Shown: piece after piece, positions 55,556 to 62,249 of the stretch | Layout: each line of letters opens with the position of its first letter | How positions within the stretch are numbered: position 1 is the first letter of the stretch | NCBI GenBank assembly: GCA_050015855.1 | Contig: JBEKAO010000001.1 | Location: 19,391-83,390, forward strand | DNA length: 64,000 nucleotides | From: Opitutaceae bacterium | GTDB lineage: Bacteria; Verrucomicrobiota; Verrucomicrobiia; Opitutales; Opitutaceae | Direction: 5' to 3' | The notes under the pieces: model-generated | What the model saw: only the letters and a program-made list of their open reading frames with translations | Database searches by the model: none | Told to the model about the DNA's origin: nothing | Translations under genes and position numbers: made by a program

Positions 55556-56074
55556 ATGAAATCTCTACGTTGTTTCTTCCTCGCCTTGGCAGCACTGGCC
55601 TATTCCAGACTGCCCGCCCAATATACGACGGGCACTCTCATAAACACTTCCGCCCTGGTGACCTTGGCCCCGGGCGGGATGGCCACGGTGGGCTTTTTCG
55701 CCGCTACTCAAAACAGCCCGCAACCAGGCACCACCCTGCTTCTCCGAGCCGTGGGGCCCACTCTGACCACGTTTGGAATAAAGAACCCGGCGGCTTTGCC
55801 TCACCTCCGGCTATTCAATGCAAAGGGCCAAGACATCACTACCACTGTCGTCATTGGTTCGATTGACTGGAATGCCACTTTTGCCCTCGCGGGGGCGTTC
55901 CCGCTGACGGGTGGCGAACGTCCAATGTACGCTTACAACATTGGCCCCGTTGGTGGGCTCCAATCCGCGGGCTACACCGTTCAGGTCACCGATGATTCGG
56001 GGAATGGCGGAGCCGTTTTGATCGAGGTTTATGTCATTCCCGGCGTCGTAATTGTGCAAGGCGCGCCCACATGA
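55556..56074 (+). CDS. Hypothetical secreted protein (172 aa)
   Basis: Signal peptide MKSLRCFFLALAALAYSRLPA. The remainder is beta-rich (LLLRAVGPTLTTFGIKNPAALPHLRLFNAKGQ). GC is lower than the surroundings. I cannot name a family. Confidence 0.6.
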   Translation: MKSLRCFFLALAALAYSRLPAQYTTGTLINTSALVTLAPGGMATVGFFAATQNSPQPGTTLLLRAVGPTLTTFGIKNPAALPHLRLFNAKGQDITTTVVIGSIDWNATFALAGAFPLTGGERPMYAYNIGPVGGLQSAGYTVQVTDDSGNGGAVLIEVYVIPGVVIVQGAPT

Positions 56075-56141
56075 TCAGATTCATCGATAAGGAATTAGAT
56101 TTATCCTACGGAGGCGTTAACATGGTTGAGACGACGCGAAT

Positions 56142-56570
56142 ATGAAAAAACTCCTCGCATTGACCCTATTGCTGGGCCTCACCGTGGCGACCTCGAGCTC
56201 CTGTGCCAGGTATAGGAGATTTGTGGAGACCAGGGCTGTTGTCCGTGTGATGGAAAAAAGGCAGACCGCGATATGGGGGTTCATAGGCATAACGAAGGCC
56301 AATCCGACGATCGATGACGTCAATAAGGTGCTTCGGGCACACGCCGGTCGTCCGACACCGAAGGTGGAGGAGCTGGGTAAGGTCCTCGAGGTTATCGATG
56401 TCAGCGGTTGTCCCTCGGAATTTAAGTCCGCATGGAATGATTACATCGAGGTCATGATGCATGCGGAAAAGTTTCCGTCTCCGCTGGCTCATGGAATTGC
56501 GTTGAGAGAAGCCAACGATAGACTCGCAGCGGCCGCTCGAGACGCGGGGGCAACACCGCCGTTTCGTTAA
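56142..56570 (+). CDS. Hypothetical lipoprotein/secreted protein (142 aa)
   Basis: The signal peptide MKKLLALTLLLGLTVATSSSC ends in Cys. The body is hydrophilic and helical. I recognise no family. Confidence 0.6.
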   Translation: MKKLLALTLLLGLTVATSSSCARYRRFVETRAVVRVMEKRQTAIWGFIGITKANPTIDDVNKVLRAHAGRPTPKVEELGKVLEVIDVSGCPSEFKSAWNDYIEVMMHAEKFPSPLAHGIALREANDRLAAAARDAGATPPFR

Positions 56571-56675
56571 GACCGTTTTTGCCGATAAGGCTCGGGAGGG
56601 GTCGGTGCATTAGTTTCGCAATCTTGCCCCGACCCTTACCCAAGAGCAGGTGCGCTAAGAGAGCAGGCATAGCGC

Positions 56676-56705
56676 TTGACATGCAACCAAATGGTTGCAT
56701 ATTGT
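56676..56705 (+). promoter_or_regulatory. Promoter with embedded perfect palindrome (candidate ArsR operator)
   Basis: TTGACA (56676-56681), then TGCAACCA-AA-TGGTTGCA (56682-56699, 8-bp perfect arms), then TATTGT (56700-56705). The arsR ATG lies at 56712. Confidence 0.55.
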
Positions 56706-56711
56706 CGGGAC

Positions 56712-57029
56712 ATGGATGCTGTTTTCAAGGCTTTGGCTGATGGCAGCCGCCGAACGTTGCTGGACGAGTTGCGCAGGGCCAACGGGCAGACGTTGACCGA
56801 GCTGTGCGCTCCCCTCGACATGACGCGGCAGGCCGTCGCCAAGCACCTGGCACTGCTGGAGGCGGCGAACCTCGTCGTCACGGTTTGGCACGGGCGCGAA
56901 AAACGGCACTACCTCAACCCGGTGCCGTTGCACGAGATCTACGAGCGCTGGATTGGGAAATACGAACGCCGCCGCCTCCAGGCGCTGAGCGATCTCAAAA
57001 GAGGTCTCGAAAAACAAACAAAGGAATAG
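56712..57029 (+). CDS. ArsR/SmtB family transcriptional regulator
   Basis: Track ORF 56676 (TTG)-57029 trimmed to ATG 56712 (MDAVFKALADGSRRTLLDELRRANGQTLTELCAPLDMTRQAVAKHLALLEAANLV is a winged HTH). Confidence 0.85.
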   Translation: MDAVFKALADGSRRTLLDELRRANGQTLTELCAPLDMTRQAVAKHLALLEAANLVVTVWHGREKRHYLNPVPLHEIYERWIGKYERRRLQALSDLKRGLEKQTKE

Positions 57030-57034
57030 CCGTT

Positions 57035-57514
57035 ATGGAAAAGCCCGAATTCGTCTACACCACGTACATCCGCACCACGCCGGAGAAGCTCTGGGAGGCG
57101 CTCACGAAAGGGGACTTCAGCGAAAAGTATTGGTTCGGCTTCCGCATCGAGGTCGAGCAGAGGGCCGGCGGAAGGCTCCGCATCCTGCCGCCCAGCGGCA
57201 TGGAGGCGCACGGGGACCATGCGGGCGAGGTGCTCGAGTGCGAGCCTAACCGCAAGCTCGTCTACACGTGGAATCCCAAGGACAAGCCGGATGTGGCGGG
57301 CAAGCGCAAGAGCCTGTCCCGCGTCACGTATGAACTTACGCCGACGGGCCCGACGGTCCGGCTGCGGCTGATTCACGAAAATCTCCTCCCCGACGACATC
57401 GAGAAGAACCCGAACACCTTCCGGGGCATCAACAATGGCTGGCCGGCCGTCCTGAGCAGCCTGAAGAGCCTCCTGGAGACGGGAAAGGTGCCCGAGATCA
57501 CCCTGGGTAACTGA
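57035..57514 (+). CDS. SRPBCC-superfamily protein (AHSA1/START-like)
   Basis: This is the C-terminal part of track ORF 56804-57514, from ATG 57035. The pattern TTYIRTTPEKLWEALT......YWFG matches AHSA1-like proteins commonly paired with ArsR. Confidence 0.85.
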   Translation: MEKPEFVYTTYIRTTPEKLWEALTKGDFSEKYWFGFRIEVEQRAGGRLRILPPSGMEAHGDHAGEVLECEPNRKLVYTWNPKDKPDVAGKRKSLSRVTYELTPTGPTVRLRLIHENLLPDDIEKNPNTFRGINNGWPAVLSSLKSLLETGKVPEITLGN

Positions 57515-57576
57515 GATCGGGCGCGGGCGGAAAGAAATGCGGCGCTCTGGGTGGCGGGTCGCCCCGTGCGCGCCAT

Positions 57577-58500
57577 TCAACGGAGATCGGATTTCCGTCG
57601 TATGGCAGCCATGATCCAGTCCGTTAAACTCACGCTCATCGCCGAATGTTCCGAAACATAGCAGGTCCAGGAGCCATCGGCATTCCGAACCACGTCAGAG
57701 TTGCCTGTTTTCCTAACCCACGACTTTAGGGTTACGGTCACTGTTTGGGATGGATGAACTCCGAGGGTCTTCAGGATCCTGGCAGGCCGCGCCAGGAAGG
57801 CTTCCATGTTGGGATTGGAATAGGAGCCATCTTTTCTTTTCAGGGAATCGTCGACCCTGTAATCGAAGGCCAGGAGCTCTTTCTCCCAAACGGCCCTCGG
57901 AACGGTGTTGAGGGTGTCATTGTAGAATTTGCGCAGTGCGGCGTGGTCCTTGACAGGGTACTTGTTCAGCGGACCCTTGTACCCAATCCAGAAGCGGCCC
58001 GGTATGCTTTCATAGATCGGGGAGGCGGGATTCCAGTCGGCGGACAAAATCTTGTTGTTGGTCGGGTCCACGAGGACCCAGTTTCCCGACTCCTTGTCCC
58101 TCACAGCCACGCCCGTGTGTCCGCTGTCGCCCCTCTCGATTGCGGTGTAATTCAGAGCCGCCGCGTCAATGTAGATTGCCTCGAATCCCCGGGAGGTGAT
58201 CAGGGAATAGAATGCGAAAGCGTAGTCCCCGCACCCGCAGCTCAATCCGCTCTGCAGGATTTCGGCCGGCGTGCGGTGGCGAAGAAAATCGTCCGGGACA
58301 CCCGTCATCCTGACTCCACGAGCATCGAGGTCGTATTCCTTGTCATTATCCATCTCCTGGAGCTTCTGGACACGCGCCAGACCGGAAAGGATCGCGGTGT
58401 AGGTCGTTTCCTTGGCCAAGGCGGCGGGGGAAAGGAACACGAGTGCGATCCCAAGAAGCAGGGCGGGCTTTTGAGCGGGTTTTCGGCTCAGGGACGACAT
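57577..58500 (-). CDS. Transglutaminase-like cysteine-peptidase-fold protein, secreted
   Basis: Track ORF 57577-58566 trimmed to ATG 58500 (signal peptide). The candidate Cys-His-Asp triad context is GLSCGCGDYAFAF, GHTGVAV and WVLVDP. Confidence 0.6.
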   Translation of the reverse strand: MSSLSRKPAQKPALLLGIALVFLSPAALAKETTYTAILSGLARVQKLQEMDNDKEYDLDARGVRMTGVPDDFLRHRTPAEILQSGLSCGCGDYAFAFYSLITSRGFEAIYIDAAALNYTAIERGDSGHTGVAVRDKESGNWVLVDPTNNKILSADWNPASPIYESIPGRFWIGYKGPLNKYPVKDHAALRKFYNDTLNTVPRAVWEKELLAFDYRVDDSLKRKDGSYSNPNMEAFLARPARILKTLGVHPSQTVTVTLKSWVRKTGNSDVVRNADGSWTCYVSEHSAMSVSLTDWIMAAIRRKSDLR

Positions 58501-58644
58501 AAAAATCCTTCCGGGAGCGGGAATGGATCCGCGGGCAAGGCGATTATCCCGTCTAATGACAGACACGGCAATTTAAAAAGGGGGATGACGTTCGATTCGG
58601 TGGAGCACTTGCTCCAATTTCTCCGGCAGCCATTGTGAAGGCTC

Positions 58645-59649
58645 ATGGCCCGCATGTTCGCCAATCTTTCCGAGTTGCCGGAGGGGGGCTCAACAACCCT
58701 GCCTGCCGGCCGCCGGCGGCTGGCTGCCTCGTTCCTGCTGGCCGGGTTTGCGTGCAATGTCACGGTCCTCTTTGTCCCCTTCATGGACATGCGGATCGGG
58801 CTCAGCAGGCAGCCGTATTCGCTTTTCCACACCACGGCGATGCTCTGGTCCTCGGGCCTGCAGGTGCTCGCCATCCTGGTCATGGCATTCTCGGTTGTAT
58901 TCCCCTTTGTGAAGCTCGGCGTGCTCGCCTGGCTTTGCGGAGCCGGCGTGATAGACGGAGGCAGCCGCCGATGGCTCGCCTTGGTCGATCGCCTGGGCAA
59001 GTGGTCGATGCTGGATGTGTTTCTCGTGTGCCTCATCCTTGCCCTTTCCTCGGGGCAGCTCCTCGTGGGCGCTCGGCCGCTGATCGGGCTCCCGGTGTTT
59101 GTTTCAGCAATCGTCCTCAGCATGGCCAGCGGCGAACTCCTTTCGGCGGCCCTGCCGCATCGCGCGTTGCCGCGGCCGGTTTCAGCGCAGGCGCTGCAAC
59201 GCAGCGGCTGGTGGCTGGCCCTGTCCGGAGTCGCCCTCGGCGGATCCCTGGGCCTGCCGTCCCTTCAGCTCCATGACTGGTTCGTGGCCGACAAGGCATA
59301 CAGCGTCGCGACGGCGGTGCCGGCGCTTGTCCGCTCGGGCTCTCCGCTGCCGGCTGCGATCATCGCCGCATTCTTGATCGTCATTCCGGCGGCCACCTGG
59401 TCGGTCACCTGCCTCTGGTGGTGGCGCCTGCGATGCAACCGGGCGGACCAGCCGCTGTATCGCCTCATGCTTTTGGGCCGGCGCTGGAGCATGCTCGACG
59501 TTTTTGGCCTGGCGCTGGCGATTTTTGCCGTCGAAGGAGGAACCCTCATGAAGACCGAGGTGCGGTGGGGCGCCTTGGCGCTGGCGGCATTGGTGGGAGG
59601 CCAGATGGCCCTCCAGGCGGCCCTGGGTCGTGCATTCTCCCGGGATTGA
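58645..59649 (+). CDS. Paraquat-inducible protein A (PqiA) family membrane protein
   Basis: 334 aa with two PqiA-type modules, each ending in a G(K/R)WSMLDVF box (LGKWSMLDVFLV and GRRWSMLDVFGL). Confidence 0.75.
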   Translation: MARMFANLSELPEGGSTTLPAGRRRLAASFLLAGFACNVTVLFVPFMDMRIGLSRQPYSLFHTTAMLWSSGLQVLAILVMAFSVVFPFVKLGVLAWLCGAGVIDGGSRRWLALVDRLGKWSMLDVFLVCLILALSSGQLLVGARPLIGLPVFVSAIVLSMASGELLSAALPHRALPRPVSAQALQRSGWWLALSGVALGGSLGLPSLQLHDWFVADKAYSVATAVPALVRSGSPLPAAIIAAFLIVIPAATWSVTCLWWWRLRCNRADQPLYRLMLLGRRWSMLDVFGLALAIFAVEGGTLMKTEVRWGALALAALVGGQMALQAALGRAFSRD

Positions 59650-59702
59650 AGGGTGGCGGCGGATCGCACCCGCGCCGCAGACGGCCTTCAATCGCTGTCA
59701 GC

Positions 59703-60743
59703 TCACTCGCTTGCGCCCAGCCACCCGAGCACGGGCGGGACAAGTTCGCCAAAATGGTAGGGAAGCGTCTCGTGCGTGGCCCCGGGCACCACGATCAGTT
59801 TGCTGCCTGGCAGGGCCTCCGAGTACAAGCGTCGCAAATCCGCCACCGGGACCACGTTGTCCCCGGCTCCACCAACGAAAAGGGCGGCAACCGGATGCCG
59901 GGCCAAAACCGTTGTCGTGTCCAGGTCGTCGGCATTGACATGCAACACGGCAGGCAGCTGCCTGAGACCGGCCCTTAGGAGCGACTGTGGCAGGATCTTA
60001 GCGTAATCGCGGCAGATGTTCAGCGTCGCGTCGGACAACACCCCATAGGGCGCAATGGCCACCACCCTGCCGACGCGCGGATCCACCGTTTTCCAGCGCA
60101 ATGCCAGCGCCGCCCCGTATGAATCGCCGATGACCGCCACGGGAGGCGCCAGTTGATCCCGGTCCTTCAGCACATCGAGCAGCTGGCCCATATCCCGCGC
60201 CTCGACGACTCCATAGTAAATCATCTTCCCGGTGGACTTGCCGTGCCCGCGCAAATCCACCAGCACGCAGCGCCAGCCCTCCTGGGCGAGCTGAAACGCC
60301 CACGGCGCCATTGCGAATTCGGCGAGCCCGTAGCCATGCAGCAGGACCACGGTGCCCCGGGGCGCCGATGTCCAGGCGTTGGCCCTGGGAATATCGCCGC
60401 GGAACTCAAACCGGTATCGCGCATCACCCTGCTCAACGGATTTCGTCGAGATGACCTTCAGGTGATATTCAGCAGGTTCCACCACGCGGTAGCTCAATCG
60501 GGCCGGCGGAGGCCCCACATCCGCAAACCGTTCCGGGGAATTGGCGAGAAGGCTCTCGTTGAATGAGATCAGAACGGGCGCTGAGGGAGCCAGCCACTGA
60601 GGGTAGGTGTTCGGAGCCTGGGCCATTCGGCGGGCGATGAAGGTGCCGCAGCCCGCGTCAAAAACCGAAAGCAGGAGCGACAGTCCGGCCATCAGACACA
60701 AGGGCCGGATGTTTCCGGCGAAGCCATTGGGAAGTCGGTTCAA
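59703..60743 (-). CDS. Alpha/beta-fold hydrolase, probable lipoprotein
   Basis: 346 aa. The N-terminus LLLSVFDAGC is lipobox-like. Boxes: VVLLHGYG, the nucleophile elbow GDSYG, and a C-terminal GDNVV...H region. Confidence 0.8.
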   Translation of the reverse strand: MNRLPNGFAGNIRPLCLMAGLSLLLSVFDAGCGTFIARRMAQAPNTYPQWLAPSAPVLISFNESLLANSPERFADVGPPPARLSYRVVEPAEYHLKVISTKSVEQGDARYRFEFRGDIPRANAWTSAPRGTVVLLHGYGLAEFAMAPWAFQLAQEGWRCVLVDLRGHGKSTGKMIYYGVVEARDMGQLLDVLKDRDQLAPPVAVIGDSYGAALALRWKTVDPRVGRVVAIAPYGVLSDATLNICRDYAKILPQSLLRAGLRQLPAVLHVNADDLDTTTVLARHPVAALFVGGAGDNVVPVADLRRLYSEALPGSKLIVVPGATHETLPYHFGELVPPVLGWLGASE

Positions 60744-60980
60744 GGCGCGGTCGGCGGAGTTAAGGTCTTCAAATCACACCAACCGAAAACCCGTTCCATG
60801 GGCAAGACCGGGATACTCGCACCCTGCATGGGATCCACCGGAGGCGGGCAGGCTTGACCCGATTCGCCCCGGAGAGCATGACATGACCCCCTCAGGGCGA
60901 CGCTCAAGGCCGAGATCGCCGTGAAGACCGGTTGCCCGGCCCCGAACAGACGCGACGGAAAAATCAGCCAAGGAGTGAAA

Positions 60981-62237
60981 ATGAAAAGACGGCAATTCCT
61001 GAAGAATGTCGGTTATGCGACGGCGGCAGCCGCGTTTGGATCGTTGCCGAAGCTCGCCTGGGCCGACGAAAAATCGAAGCTGAAGATCACCGATATCCGC
61101 CTTGTCGTAACCAAGCCGAAGAAGCCCTATCCGGACTACACGCCGGCGCCGGGATCGTGGTCCACAGGGCAGGTGGAAGTCTCCGCGCCGCTCAACATCT
61201 ATCCCGAGTACAAGCCGGCCCGCAGCCTTTTTGCGCCGGTACCGCCTTATGTCACGACCATCACCGTCGAGGTGACGACGGACAAGGGCATAAAGGGCTA
61301 CGGTGACGGCGGCCCCGGCGGCGGGCCGATCGTCCTGGGCCACTTGAAGAAGCTCATGATGGGCCGCGACCCTTTTGATCTCGAGCGCAATTGGGACATC
61401 AACTGGCGCGCGACGGAATCCTACGGGCAGGAGGGCGTCACCATGAACGCGATCAGCGCCTTCGACAACGCACTGTGGGACATCGTCGGAAAGGCGCTCG
61501 GGGTCCCGATCTATGAGCTCCTTGGCGGCGAGACAAAGCCCCGGATCCCCGTCTACTGCACCGGCAACGACGTCGAGCAGCACGTCGAGCACGGATTCAA
61601 GGGGGTCAAGCTGGCAATGCCCTACGGTCCGCCGAGCGGCCGCGAGGGCCAGCGCGGCAACGTGGCGCTCGTTGAGCGCGCGCGCAAGGCCGTCGGCGAC
61701 GACGGCGACGTCATGTGCGACTGCTGGATGTCCTGGGACGAACCCTACACGCTGGAGATGGCACGGATGCTCGAGCCCTACCGGGTGAAGTGGCTGGAGG
61801 AGGTGCTTCCGCCGTACGATTTCGAGGGATTCGGACGGCTGAAGCGGGAGATCCACTCGACGATGCTCACCTGCGGCGAGCACGTGTACGGCCGGTATGG
61901 CTTCCGGCGGCTTCTCGCGGCCGACGGGGCGTCGATCTGGCAGCCCGACGTCACCTGGTGCGGCGGCATGACCGAGCTGCGCCGCATCGGCGCCCTCGCG
62001 GACACCTACGACATACCCGTGATTCCACACGCCGGCGGCTTGAACGGGGCGTCGCACTGGACGATCGCGAACGTCAACGGCCCGATGTCGGAGCTGTTCA
62101 TGCCCGCCCCCGGCGGACCGAAGGAGGTCTACGACCTCTTCGACGAGCTCTATGAAGTCACCAAGGGGCCCGCGGGGCTGTACATGCATCCGCCGCGCCG
62201 CCCGGGGTGGGGCACGGAGATCGAGGTCGTCGGCTAG
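60981..62237 (+). CDS. Enolase-superfamily (mandelate racemase/muconate-lactonizing enzyme family) sugar-acid dehydratase, L-rhamnonate-dehydratase-like, with a twin-arginine signal peptide
   Basis: Track ORF 60921-62237 trimmed to ATG 60981 (AAGGAG at 60970-60975). The Tat motif is MKRRQFLKNVGYATAAAAFGSLPKLAWA. RhamD-like boxes are DCWMSWD, KWLEEVLPP, CGEH, QPDVTWCGG and IPH. Confidence 0.85.
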   Translation: MKRRQFLKNVGYATAAAAFGSLPKLAWADEKSKLKITDIRLVVTKPKKPYPDYTPAPGSWSTGQVEVSAPLNIYPEYKPARSLFAPVPPYVTTITVEVTTDKGIKGYGDGGPGGGPIVLGHLKKLMMGRDPFDLERNWDINWRATESYGQEGVTMNAISAFDNALWDIVGKALGVPIYELLGGETKPRIPVYCTGNDVEQHVEHGFKGVKLAMPYGPPSGREGQRGNVALVERARKAVGDDGDVMCDCWMSWDEPYTLEMARMLEPYRVKWLEEVLPPYDFEGFGRLKREIHSTMLTCGEHVYGRYGFRRLLAADGASIWQPDVTWCGGMTELRRIGALADTYDIPVIPHAGGLNGASHWTIANVNGPMSELFMPAPGGPKEVYDLFDELYEVTKGPAGLYMHPPRRPGWGTEIEVVG

Positions 62238-62249
62238 CCGGCCGGCGCC

